Assembly (NCBI GenBank): GCA_041690135.1
Contig: JAWLHY010000014.1
Coordinates: forward strand, 142,150-206,149
Reading direction: 5' to 3'
Source: Armatimonadota bacterium
GTDB taxonomy: Bacteria > Armatimonadota > SYMT01
DNA: 64,000 nt
Shown: piece by piece, positions 11,078 to 20,314 of the stretch
Numbering within the stretch: the stretch's first letter is position 1
How the letters are laid out: the number at the start of each line of letters is the position of its first letter
Position numbers and translations under genes: made by a program
Notes under the pieces: generated by a model
Seen by the model: only the letters and a program-made list of their open reading frames with translations
What the model was told of the DNA's origin: nothing
Databases searched by the model: none

Positions 11078-12550
11078 TCACAGCCCTTCCGTAAACTCAT
11101 CCGCTTCCTTCACGTAGGGGTGGAAGGGGTTGCGGAGGTCCAGGAAGCGGTCCCGGTCGAGGTAGACGCTGTCCCAGTCGATCACGTAGCGCTTGGAGCG
11201 GGAGTGCAGCAGGTGCCGGATCACGCGGGCTCGTCCCGCGGCGCGGGTGTTGGGCGGCGGGGCGCAGCGGGCATTTTCGATCCGCTCCTCATCCAGCACG
11301 CGGTGCACCTGCCCGGCCTCGACGAGCCCGTGGAAGAGACTGGTGGCGGGGTTGACGTTGTGGTACTCCAGGTCCAGGCTCTGCATCACGTCGTCCTGCC
11401 AGGTGGCGCCTTCCGCCTGCCGGTACATCTCCAGGAGCTTCCGCTTCGCGACCCAGTCCACCCGGTCGTCCAGTAGCATCGGGTCGGTTTCCAGGCCGGT
11501 GAGGGCGTAATCCCACTCCCGCAGCACCCAGTCCGTCTGGGTGTCGCGACCGCTCAGGTAGGTCATCGCCGTCTCCAGGTAGATCCGCTGGAGATCGACC
11601 GCCGGCAGCGTGGACCCGTCCGCCAGCCGGACCAGCCACCGCCACGAAGGGTCGCGGGAGACGGAGCGGAGCGTTTCGATGGGATCGGCGACCCGCACCG
11701 TATCCGGCACCAGCCCCTCTTCCACCAGGTCGAGGACCAGCGAGGTGGTGCCCACCTTCATCGCGGTGGCCCACTCGCTCATGTTCGCTTCGCCGAAGAG
11801 GAGATGGAGCCGGTGGAGGTCGCTGAAGTTATAGTAGCTGTCCCACTTCGGGTTGATGATCGCCCGGTTGAAGCGGACCTTGGAGGCCACCGTCTTCAGG
11901 ATGTGGTCCGCGCGCTGGGAGAGCTGGAAATCGACCGTCTTGTCGATCTCCACGCCGTAGAAGTTGTGGACCCAGACGTAGTCGACCTCGTACTCGCTCA
12001 TCCGCATGATGTTGTTGCGGAAGTCGGTGCGGTTGAGCCGGTGTCCCCCCACGCGTCCCACCCCCGCGAAGATCTGCCGGGTCACCAGGAACGGGAGGAG
12101 TAGGGCGACCGCGTCGCGGAAGAAGTCCTCGTTCAGCCGGGCGAGGTAGTTCTCGTGGCACCCGAAGGTGTGCCCACCGAAGTGGTCCACGCTGTTGTTG
12201 TGAAAGCTGACGACCTCGCTGAGGTCCAGGTCTTCCAGCGCCTGCTGCAGGATCCGCTGCCCGGCGCGCTCGTTGCTCGCCAGGTCGAAGATGTCGCTGC
12301 ACTCGGCCGTCGCGTACTCCTCGTGGTCGCCCACGGCGTCGATGTACAGCCGTCCCCCGTTGACCAGGAACCCGCCGGCGCGTGCGGGCTCGAAGGTGTA
12401 GTCGCGCGCGTGCAGGTCGATCAGGCCAAGCTGCTGTTGCAGGAAGACGTGGTTCTTCACCCGCTCCACCACCTGCTCGGGCGTGCCCACGGCCGGGTCG
12501 TGCACCAGGCACCCGAACTCCGTTTCGATTCCAAAGATCCTGCGTTCCAT
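11078..12550 (-). CDS. pafA: Pup/UBact--protein ligase PafA
   Basis: MERRIFGIETEFG, NGGRLYID...HEEYATAEC, FGCHENY, LSQRADH, RLHLLFGE, DWVAK, LDLEYH, PPPNTRA, IDWD; last gene of the proteasome operon; start placed at ATG 12550. Confidence 0.93.
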   Translation of the reverse strand: MERRIFGIETEFGCLVHDPAVGTPEQVVERVKNHVFLQQQLGLIDLHARDYTFEPARAGGFLVNGGRLYIDAVGDHEEYATAECSDIFDLASNERAGQRILQQALEDLDLSEVVSFHNNSVDHFGGHTFGCHENYLARLNEDFFRDAVALLLPFLVTRQIFAGVGRVGGHRLNRTDFRNNIMRMSEYEVDYVWVHNFYGVEIDKTVDFQLSQRADHILKTVASKVRFNRAIINPKWDSYYNFSDLHRLHLLFGEANMSEWATAMKVGTTSLVLDLVEEGLVPDTVRVADPIETLRSVSRDPSWRWLVRLADGSTLPAVDLQRIYLETAMTYLSGRDTQTDWVLREWDYALTGLETDPMLLDDRVDWVAKRKLLEMYRQAEGATWQDDVMQSLDLEYHNVNPATSLFHGLVEAGQVHRVLDEERIENARCAPPPNTRAAGRARVIRHLLHSRSKRYVIDWDSVYLDRDRFLDLRNPFHPYVKEADEFTEGL

Positions 12551-12622
12551 ACAACCTTCAGGTCTCTTGCCGGTGCCGCGGTCCAACCGCGAGAGGGGAA
12601 TGAAATTTCCGTCGGACATCGC

Positions 12623-13180
12623 TTATCGGAATAGCCGTCGCAGAGGGATTTCCAGTCCGGGAAAGAGCGAGCTGGATAAACGTTCCTGGCCCGTGAACCG
12701 GCCCGTCTCCTCATACTGGTTGCCGCGCAGTTCCAGGGTGACCGCAGTGCGCTGTTGGGGATCCAGGATCCAGTAGTGGGGAATCCCCGCCTGCGCGTAC
12801 TCGCGGCGCTTGATGACCGTGTCCCGCTCCTCATCATCCGGCGACACGATCTCCACGGCGAGAGTAGGCCGGCCCGTCACCTGGTTGTGCTCCAGGGTGA
12901 TCCCCGCGGCCGCGTCGGCTGCGGAATAAAAGAGGAAGTCCGGGCGTCTCCCGTGGAAGGCGATCGTGGGGACATCGATATCCGCGCCCCAGAAGCCGCC
13001 CGGGCAGTTCTCCTCCAGATAGGGGTCGAGGATCGAGGAGAGGCGGGTCATGGTCCAGCCGTGCAGGGGTCGTGCGGCCACCAGTTCTTCCAAGCGGCCG
13101 TCGACGAGCTCGAAGCGGTTTTCGGTGTTGACGGTCGTGAACTCTTCAAAGGTAAGCGGGCGCTGGGCTACCTGGGACAT
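12623..13180 (-). CDS. Uma2 family (PD-(D/E)XK) endonuclease-like protein
   Basis: FELVDG, RPD, LAVEIVSP, KRREYAQAGIPHYWILDP, LFPGLEI. Confidence 0.92.
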   Translation of the reverse strand: MSQVAQRPLTFEEFTTVNTENRFELVDGRLEELVAARPLHGWTMTRLSSILDPYLEENCPGGFWGADIDVPTIAFHGRRPDFLFYSAADAAAGITLEHNQVTGRPTLAVEIVSPDDEERDTVIKRREYAQAGIPHYWILDPQQRTAVTLELRGNQYEETGRFTGQERLSSSLFPGLEIPLRRLFR

Positions 13181-13204
13181 AACTGCCTCCCCGTCTCCTC
13201 GCGT

Positions 13205-13981
13205 CTATCGATACTCGGCCAGGGCGCTGTCCAGCTCTTCGGGCCGGAGCAGCCGGAATTTGCTTTCTCTCGGCGTGTTGCGCTCGAGCAAGCCTACCTC
13301 CACTGTTCCCTGGGCGAGCTCTTCCTTCAGCACCTGGGCCACGGTCTGGATCTCCACCTCTTCGTCTTCCTCGGTCCGCCCGAAGGAGACGCGCCGGGCG
13401 TGGATCTTGCCGGTGGCCCACGTCTCCAGCCCCAGCCGGATGGCCGACTGCCGGTCCTGCGCGCCTTCCCAGTTGGTATGGAGCAGCTCGATCATCCGGT
13501 TCTCCGCATCCAGCGACGGGCCGACCACGGAGAAGCGGTTCTCGTTCTTGAACTCCCCGTCGAAGTTGAGGGCGAAGAAGGCATCCTGCTCCTGCCGGTC
13601 TCCCAGCTCCGCGAAGAGGCCCCGGAAGACGAACGGCGCCGTGAACGGATCGCCAAACGCCTTCTTCAGTGCCGGGGACAGCACCGAACCGACCAGGCGC
13701 TGAGCGGTCACGTCGTCCGGGGAGCGCTGGAAGCCCTCCTGGTGGGCAAAATCGATGGCCGCGTTCCGCATCGTCTCGATATCGGACTGGTTGCCGATCC
13801 CGCCGAAGATAAGGCGGTCGTAGATCTCGTACACCTTGCGCTGCGTGCGCCGCAGGCTGAGGAGCAGCACCCCCTCCGGCAGGCTCAAGCCCACCACGGG
13901 GCTCCCGTCCCGCAGCCGCTCCTCGATATACTCCATCCGCGTCAGGACGGACTGGTTCCAATCATACGGTGTTAATGACAT
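13205..13981 (-). CDS. prcA: 20S proteasome alpha subunit
   Basis: GSPVVGL, RKVYEIYDRLIFGGIGNQSDIE, RSPDDVTAQRL, VEVGLLER; adjacent to the beta subunit gene. Confidence 0.9.
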   Translation of the reverse strand: MSLTPYDWNQSVLTRMEYIEERLRDGSPVVGLSLPEGVLLLSLRRTQRKVYEIYDRLIFGGIGNQSDIETMRNAAIDFAHQEGFQRSPDDVTAQRLVGSVLSPALKKAFGDPFTAPFVFRGLFAELGDRQEQDAFFALNFDGEFKNENRFSVVGPSLDAENRMIELLHTNWEGAQDRQSAIRLGLETWATGKIHARRVSFGRTEEDEEVEIQTVAQVLKEELAQGTVEVGLLERNTPRESKFRLLRPEELDSALAEYR

Positions 13982-14003
13982 AGCCTACCGTGGTGAAAGC
14001 CCC

Positions 14004-14780
14004 TTATTCGCTCGGTTTGAAAGCGGCGACGATCGCCCGCATTTGCTCGGCCGGGATCTCCCGGATGCCGTCTTTCGTGATCGCCTTGGCCACGGGCAGC
14101 ACCTTGGCGAAGCCCCCGGTGGCGGCGTCCAGGTCGGCGGCGATGTCCAGGAGGATCAGGCACTCCTGCAGCGCTTCTTCCAGCGTCATCTCCCGGAACG
14201 GCTTCTTCGTGCGGATGATGTAATCGAAGGCGCCGCGGATGCGCTCGGAGCCGGAGCCCGCCGCCCCGAATTCCGCCGTCTCGAAACGGGCGCCCATCCC
14301 ATCGTAGAAGAAGATCCGGCCCTCGTTCGTCTTCGGGTCGTAGGCGCTCACGATCGGAATGAAGGCGCCGATACCCTGCATCGCCATCGGCAGGTTGCCG
14401 GCGATCGCACGAGAGACCTCGCTCACCTTGCCGTCCAGGCTCATCTCCTGGAGCTCGCGCCGGGAGTAGTACTTGAACGCGTGCTTCAGGAAGCGGACGA
14501 TCTCGATCGCCCGGGCAAAGGAGCCCGAGATGGCGATCAGCGTGAAGTCGTCCAGCGCGAGCACCTTCTCCGCGCGGTCGTACATCACCGCCATGTTGGC
14601 CGTGGCGCGGCGGTCGCCGACGTTCAGGACCCCGTCGCGGTACTTCACAGCGATGACGGTGGTGCCGTGCGTGTCGAGGGACGAGGCGGCCGCCGAGTGC
14701 GAAACGGGCGCGTCACCGACGCGCCCGAGCTCGGAGGGGATCCCTCCCACCAATTCCAGAAAATCTCCGGGTCGCGCCAT
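14004..14780 (-). CDS. prcB: 20S proteasome beta subunit with propeptide
   Basis: HG|TTVIA autoprocessing site with catalytic Thr, GDRRAT, LSLDGK-like MSLDGK, GSGS, DAATGG. Confidence 0.93.
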   Translation of the reverse strand: MARPGDFLELVGGIPSELGRVGDAPVSHSAAASSLDTHGTTVIAVKYRDGVLNVGDRRATANMAVMYDRAEKVLALDDFTLIAISGSFARAIEIVRFLKHAFKYYSRRELQEMSLDGKVSEVSRAIAGNLPMAMQGIGAFIPIVSAYDPKTNEGRIFFYDGMGARFETAEFGAAGSGSERIRGAFDYIIRTKKPFREMTLEEALQECLILLDIAADLDAATGGFAKVLPVAKAITKDGIREIPAEQMRAIVAAFKPSE

Positions 14781-14781
14781 G

Positions 14782-14970
14782 CTACTCGCCGCTCCGCTGG
14801 CGGTACCGCTTCGCCTGGTCCGGGTCCACCCGGCGCATGCGCTTCAGTAGGTCGCTCGGGTCGGGACGCTTCACGTTGGGGGCCTTCGGGCCGTCGTCGC
14901 TCCCGGGCCGCGTAATCGGGTCCTGCGGGACCGGGCGCTGTATTCTTTCTTCACCCTTGATCGGGAACAT
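14782..14970 (-). CDS. ubact: Ubiquitin-like protein UBact (62 aa; 64 aa if ATG 14976 is used)
   Basis: Ends ...DLLKRMRRVDPDQAKRYRQRSGE, matching the UBact R[ST]G[EQ] terminus; sits between dop and prcB; AGGAG is spaced correctly for ATG 14970. Confidence 0.93.
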   Translation of the reverse strand: MFPIKGEERIQRPVPQDPITRPGSDDGPKAPNVKRPDPSDLLKRMRRVDPDQAKRYRQRSGE

Positions 14971-16516
14971 CCTCATCTCCTGAATCTCCGGTTAGGACGG
15001 CTATTGCCTCCGCGACTGTTTTAGCGGACTGAAGCTGCCCAGACAACGTTAGCGCGGGATCGGCGCCGAATTCGGCCGGCAGGGGCACCCAGCGCGCCCG
15101 TGCGTCTTCTTTCAGCGCCACGCGTCCCCAGCTTACCCGCGTGATGTCCGGTGTGAACCTCCGGATCAGGTCTCCCCGCAGCGCGGCGCGCGTGTTGGCC
15201 GGCGGCTCCGTGAGAGCCGCCGCGATCTCCTCTTCCCCCGCCACCTGCACCATCTGGCCGGCCTCTTCCAGGGCGTAATAGAGCCCCTCAACGGGATCGA
15301 CGTTATGGTACTCCAGGTCCAGGCTGCGCAGGGTCGGGTCCTCCCACCAGATCCCCTCGGACTCGATGAACGTCTCCAACAACCGCCGTTTCGCCACCCA
15401 ATCGAGGCGATCCTCGGTGAGGGTGTAATCCTGCTCGAGATCATTCAGTACGCGTTCCCACTCGCGCAGCACCCAGTCGGTGTCCGCGTCCGCGCCGGCC
15501 AGCAGCTTCTGGGCGTCGCGCAGATAGATGCGCTGGAGATCGGTGGCCCGCATGGTCCGCCCGTCTTCCAACTCCAGGACCCAGCGGAAGGAGGGGTCGC
15601 GGGACAGCTTTTTGATGGCGGTTACCGGATCCCGCAGGCGGAAGAGGGGCTCCCACCCGGACTCGATCAGGCTCAGGACCAGGCTCGTCGTTCCCACTTT
15701 AAGGGCGGTGGCAAACTGGCTGAGGTTTGCGTCGCCGCAGATGACGTGCAGGCGCCGGTAGTGCCGCGAGTCCGCGTGCGCCTCGTCGCGGGTGTTGAAG
15801 AGCGGGCGGCGGGCCAGGGTGTCCACGCTGGCGATCTCTTCGAAGAAATCGGCTCGCTGCGAAAGCTGGAACTGGCACTCCTCGCGCAGCGGGCCATCCG
15901 TCTCCACTCCCGTCTTGCCCGCGCCGGCATAGAGGATGCGCGTGACCAGGAACGGCAGCATCCCGTAAAGCAGGCTTTCGAACGGCACCGTTCGGGCCAC
16001 GAGATACCCCTCGTGGCACCCGTAACTCATCCCGTGGAGATCGGAGTTGTTCTTGAAGATGCGGACCTCGCGCCCCGTTGCCTCCATACGCAGCCGCGCG
16101 CATTCATGCACGATCCGCTCGCCTGCGCGGTCGTGCGCCACGATCTGGCGCAGGGTACGGCACTCGGGCGTGGCGTACTCGGGATGGCCGTGGTCGTTAT
16201 ACAGGCGAGCGCCGTTCACCAGGGCATGGTCCGCCCGCTGCTCCTGGCTGCTGAGGTGGCTGCCGGGGCCTTCGCGGTCGTAGCGCGCGTCCTCCCGGTC
16301 GTAGTTCAGGTGGTCAACCGTGTAACCCCGCATGTCGCGACGGGGGTTTTCCGCCTGGTAATCCCAGGGCCCGGCCCATGGGCCGGGGTAGGCCTGCACC
16401 AGCAGGCGCGATTCTTCCATCAGGTCCGCGGCTCCCCGGCCCTCGACCAGGATGCCGTACTCCGTCTCGATGCCGAAAAGCCGGCTGCCGATGCACTCCG
16501 ATTGCCTGTTCTTCAA
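14951..16516 (-). CDS. dop: Depupylase/deamidase Dop (PafA2 family)
   Basis: FGIETEYG, Dop-loop WDYQAENPRRDMRG, NGARLYNDHGHPEYATPEC, SQRADFFE, RRLHVICGDAN. Confidence 0.92.
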   Translation of the reverse strand: MKNRQSECIGSRLFGIETEYGILVEGRGAADLMEESRLLVQAYPGPWAGPWDYQAENPRRDMRGYTVDHLNYDREDARYDREGPGSHLSSQEQRADHALVNGARLYNDHGHPEYATPECRTLRQIVAHDRAGERIVHECARLRMEATGREVRIFKNNSDLHGMSYGCHEGYLVARTVPFESLLYGMLPFLVTRILYAGAGKTGVETDGPLREECQFQLSQRADFFEEIASVDTLARRPLFNTRDEAHADSRHYRRLHVICGDANLSQFATALKVGTTSLVLSLIESGWEPLFRLRDPVTAIKKLSRDPSFRWVLELEDGRTMRATDLQRIYLRDAQKLLAGADADTDWVLREWERVLNDLEQDYTLTEDRLDWVAKRRLLETFIESEGIWWEDPTLRSLDLEYHNVDPVEGLYYALEEAGQMVQVAGEEEIAAALTEPPANTRAALRGDLIRRFTPDITRVSWGRVALKEDARARWVPLPAEFGADPALTLSGQLQSAKTVAEAIAVLTGDSGDEDVPDQG

Positions 16517-16896
16517 AACGCTACTCGTCTCCGAAACTCACCACCACCTGGCGTCCAAACACAAACAGAGGAAAAATCATGTCCCGGAAATTCGGCGAGT
16601 TTGCGAAGGGTGTGGTTGCCTATTCCGAACTCCTCATCGGCCGCCCAACTTGCTTCCCCCGCCGTATCACGGAACAGGGTACGACCATCCAGGGAGATGG
16701 CGATCCATTTACCGGGGTGCGAGTGGAGATAGGGCTTGCCATAGCGCTCGAAGAGGTAATTGTCCCGCGCGATGACCCGTTCCCGCAGCGCGCGGAACTC
16801 GGGGGCATCGTCCGGGACCTGCGCCTGGATCAGGCGGCGGCGCTCCCGGCCGTACTCCTCGCCGGTGATCAGGTGTTCCTCTTGTTCGATGCTCAT
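16513..16896 (-). CDS. Hypothetical protein, DUF5678-like
   Basis: GGAG RBS; HPGKWIAISLDG motif; 4-nt overlap with the dop start. Confidence 0.6.
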   Translation of the reverse strand: MSIEQEEHLITGEEYGRERRRLIQAQVPDDAPEFRALRERVIARDNYLFERYGKPYLHSHPGKWIAISLDGRTLFRDTAGEASWAADEEFGIGNHTLRKLAEFPGHDFSSVCVWTPGGGEFRRRVAF

Positions 16897-16974
16897 CTCC
16901 GGTGCTCCCCGAGATCCTAATAAAGGCCAGCATTATGGAAGTTGATTGCCCAAGCCACGCCCGGCGCCCGTGAC

Positions 16975-17390
16975 CCACCCCCGGATTGAAATCCTGGGCT
17001 GACTGACCAAAGTCCGCCTGCGCGGACTCGGAAGCGGTCACACCCAGCGCAGCGGTGCGTCTAACTCGGCAATCTCTATGAAAGCCGGGCTGTGCGAGCG
17101 AAATCCACATCCACCCCTGCTCCGTGGGTATCCCGGCGAAGCCTCCGCGGATGTAGGGAACCCCAGAACCGTAGGGTTTCCCCACTCAGTATACGGAGTG
17201 TTCCCCCAGGGAGCATGGGTCACGCCTGCCGCAGCGGTCTCCGGAGCCGATTGGAGCAAGGGAACGGGGCGAGCATTCGCGAACAAGGCTTCTGGGAACA
17301 TGTCCGGCATCAAGACACCAGAATTGGAATGCCGGGCTGTGCGTGCGAAACCCGCACCTCCGCGGAGCGTAAACCTGCGCGGGTTTGGGG
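16975..17390. repeat. REP-like repeat cluster
   Basis: Hairpins CCCGGATTGAAATCCTGGG and AGTCCGCCTGCGCGGACT; direct repeat GCCGGGCTGTGCG(A/T)GCGAAA near 17083 and 17331. Confidence 0.6.
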
Positions 17391-17438
17391 GACGCGCCCC
17401 TACCGACGCCCGTTTCCCTTCGAGTTGGAACCCCTGGC

Positions 17439-18548
17439 ATGTTACTTCGGATTCTGGTTTGTTTCTTTACCGTCTCGTTCTCGCTGCTGAACCTGTCCGC
17501 GACACCGGGCGCCGCGAACGGGAGCAGCAACGGCGCCACCCTCAGCCGGATCGCCTTCGGTTCCTGCGCGCGACAGGAGCGTCCCCAACCGATCTGGGAC
17601 GCCGTCGTGGAGGCAAAGCCGCAGCTCTTCCTGTTCCTGGGCGACAACGTCTATGCCGACACGGAGAACATGGAGCTCATGGCGGAGCGCTACGGAATGC
17701 TGGGCAACCAGCCCGGCTACCGCAAGCTGAAGGCGACCTGTCCGGTGATGGCCACCTGGGACGACCACGACTACGGGGTCAACGACGGAGGCGCGGAGTA
17801 CCCGAAGAAGCGGGAGTCGCAGCAGGTGTTCCTGGACTTCTTCGGAGTGCCGAAAGATTCTCCGCGCCGCCAGCGGGAGGGCGTGTATCACGCCCAGGTG
17901 TTTGGGCCTCCAGGAAAGCGGATCCAGGTGATCCTGCTGGACGGGCGCTATCACCGCAGCCCGCTCAAGACCGGGTTCCAGCCGGGCGAGCCGGGGGAAG
18001 GGTTCCGCGGGCGCTACCAGCCGAACACCGATCCGAAGGCGACCATGCTGGGAGAGGCCCAGTGGAAGTGGCTGAAGGAGCAGCTCCGCGTCCCGGCTGA
18101 GCTGCGGCTCATCTGCTCCGGCGTCCAGGTGATCCCGGACCAGCACGGCTCCGAGCACTGGGGGAATTTCCCGCGGGAGCGGCAAAGGCTCTTCCGCCTG
18201 ATCCGGGAAACCCGCGCGGAGGGGGTCGTCTTCCTCAGCGGCGACCGGCACCTGGCGGAGATCTCGCGCCTGCAGCCCGGAAAGAAGGCGGCGTCCTACC
18301 CGCTCTACGACATCACCTCCACCAGCCTCAACGCCCCCAGCGGGAACATGACGAAGGCGGGGGTGCGGTTCAGCAACGAGATCAACGACTATCGGGTAGG
18401 CCTGACCTACTTCGACACGAACTTCGGCCTGGTGGACGTCGATTGGAACCAGCCGGACCCGGTGATCCGGCTTCAGGTCCGCGACGAAAAGGGCGGCCCG
18501 GTCCTCCAGCAGCGCCTCCTGCTGAGCACCCTCCGCCGGCGGCGCTAA
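17439..18548 (+). CDS. phoD: PhoD-family alkaline phosphatase, secreted
   Basis: Signal peptide; IAFGSC, LGDNVYAD, ATWDDHDYG, LLDGRYHR, MLGEAQWKWL, LSGDRH. Confidence 0.9.
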   Translation: MLLRILVCFFTVSFSLLNLSATPGAANGSSNGATLSRIAFGSCARQERPQPIWDAVVEAKPQLFLFLGDNVYADTENMELMAERYGMLGNQPGYRKLKATCPVMATWDDHDYGVNDGGAEYPKKRESQQVFLDFFGVPKDSPRRQREGVYHAQVFGPPGKRIQVILLDGRYHRSPLKTGFQPGEPGEGFRGRYQPNTDPKATMLGEAQWKWLKEQLRVPAELRLICSGVQVIPDQHGSEHWGNFPRERQRLFRLIRETRAEGVVFLSGDRHLAEISRLQPGKKAASYPLYDITSTSLNAPSGNMTKAGVRFSNEINDYRVGLTYFDTNFGLVDVDWNQPDPVIRLQVRDEKGGPVLQQRLLLSTLRRRR

Positions 18549-18713
18549 TCAAGACCGCGGAAACAGGGAACCACTTTTGCCCGCGGAATACACGGAACAA
18601 CGCGGAAGAAGGGAGAAGACGGAAGAGGTTGATCCATGCCGACCTGTTTCAGCGCACAACAGGCTCTTTCTGCATTCGCGCAATTCGCGGATCATCTGCC
18701 CCGAAAGCCCGCC

Positions 18714-19874
18714 TCAGTCCCGTTTCCGGCTCTGGCGGATCCAGGTGCGGGCGTCCTGGAGGAAACTGTCCATCTCCTCCGGGGCGGGGAAGGTGCGGGC
18801 CGGCACGACGATCGCCACGGCCGGCCCGTAGTAGAAGAAGAGGTGCTGGGGCGTTACCGCCAGGTCGTAAATGCCGGACCAGGCGAGCGTCCCGTCGCCG
18901 AGGGCTTCCGTCCAGCCGATGATGCCGTCTTCCGTGAAGGCCAGCACGCGCGGGCCGAGCACTCCCGGAAGCTCGCACATCCGCCGCAGGACCCACCGGG
19001 GCAGTAGCACCCAAAGCACCAGGGCCCCTGCCGCCACATAGAGGACACCGCCCAGGAAGCCGCCGTTCATGGCCCAGGCTCCCAGGCACGCCATGCCGGC
19101 CAGCGCGAGCAGGGTGGTTCGCAGTCCCTGGTGCAACAGGTGATGTCGTACGAACTCTTGGATGTCCTCCGCGTGGAGTTCGTAGCTCAACACCAGCGCC
19201 CCATCCGGGATGGTGATCACCTCCGAGCCGGTCGTGAGGCCATGCCAGGCGCTCATCCGCGCGGCGTCCCGGAAACGGCGGGCGGTGGTCAGGAAGTGCT
19301 CCGAAGCCTCGTGGTCGAAGAAGGCGCTGCGGGGAACGATGACCGTCTGGAAGTGGTTGATCCGGAAATAGATCGCGGCCGGAGTTGCGGTGATGCTCTG
19401 GACCGTGGTCCACTCGTGCCGGCCCTCCGCCACCTGCGAAAGGTGCGTCAGGCCGCTTGGAAACACCTCCACCGCGTGGGGGCCCAGCAATCCGGGGGTG
19501 TGTACCGCATGCCGGGTGAGGGCTCGCGGATAGAAGTAGAGGAACAGGGGATAGGCCACGAACAGCCCGCCCGTGGCCACCAGGAGACCGACGAGGAACG
19601 CCTGAGCCTCCATTCCTCCCTCGCCCAGCGACTGCGCGAAAGCCAGCAGGGCGGCAATCAGCACCGCCAGGGGATACCCGAGCAACAGCGGCTGTTGGAT
19701 TTGCCGGTCGTGCCGCACGTGGTACCGCGAGTAGGCCAGGAGATCCGCGCGGGTCAGCTCGAAATGCACGACCAGGCCGGGTTCGATGGGGGGTGCTTCG
19801 GCAGCCATAAGCGCGTGAGGAGGGGTTCCGGTGCTCGTCGGGTGGGAGATGTGGTGGAGAGCCGCCCCGGACAC
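18714..19874 (-). CDS. Membrane protein with two tandem YcxB-like domains
   Basis: Two repeats of TM hairpin + PG.LGP + W..(V/I)..(I/L).(A/V)TP..... + IVP..(A/T)F. Confidence 0.75.
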   Translation of the reverse strand: MSGAALHHISHPTSTGTPPHALMAAEAPPIEPGLVVHFELTRADLLAYSRYHVRHDRQIQQPLLLGYPLAVLIAALLAFAQSLGEGGMEAQAFLVGLLVATGGLFVAYPLFLYFYPRALTRHAVHTPGLLGPHAVEVFPSGLTHLSQVAEGRHEWTTVQSITATPAAIYFRINHFQTVIVPRSAFFDHEASEHFLTTARRFRDAARMSAWHGLTTGSEVITIPDGALVLSYELHAEDIQEFVRHHLLHQGLRTTLLALAGMACLGAWAMNGGFLGGVLYVAAGALVLWVLLPRWVLRRMCELPGVLGPRVLAFTEDGIIGWTEALGDGTLAWSGIYDLAVTPQHLFFYYGPAVAIVVPARTFPAPEEMDSFLQDARTWIRQSRKRD

Positions 19875-19887
19875 GTACTCCCTGTTG

Positions 19888-20085
19888 CTATTCTCGGGCT
19901 TTGGGGGCGTTTCCCGGCAGGCGGAGGTTGAGGCTTTCCCGTTCGACGGGACGCTGATCCACCCGTTGCCACACCTGAAGCAGGTACCAGGTAATCCCCA
20001 GCACGACCAGCAGGACCACGATCAACGGCGCGATGTACTCCGTGGGCCGCATGGCGGACCGGGGTTGCTCGGTGGATTTCGTCAT
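19888..20085 (-). CDS. Small single-pass membrane protein
   Basis: One TM helix (IAPLIVVLLVVLGITWYLL); ends 13 nt upstream of the YcxB-like gene. Confidence 0.55.
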   Translation of the reverse strand: MTKSTEQPRSAMRPTEYIAPLIVVLLVVLGITWYLLQVWQRVDQRPVERESLNLRLPGNAPKARE

Positions 20086-20314
20086 AGATGCTTTGATTTG
20101 TTCGTCCAGGAGGCGTCGTGTACCTACGAGGACTTCACTCTGCAATAGCCCCGTGGGTGCGTACCACCTGGGCGAGGACAGTTCGTGCGTGAAATAGCAA
20201 AACAGGAGGCCGCTTCCCCGGAGGACCTCATCCCCCTAGCCCCCTTCTCCGACGCAGAGAAGGGGGAAGTCCCTCGCACCAGTTCGGCGTGTTCGTTTGC
20301 ATCTGCCCCACCCC

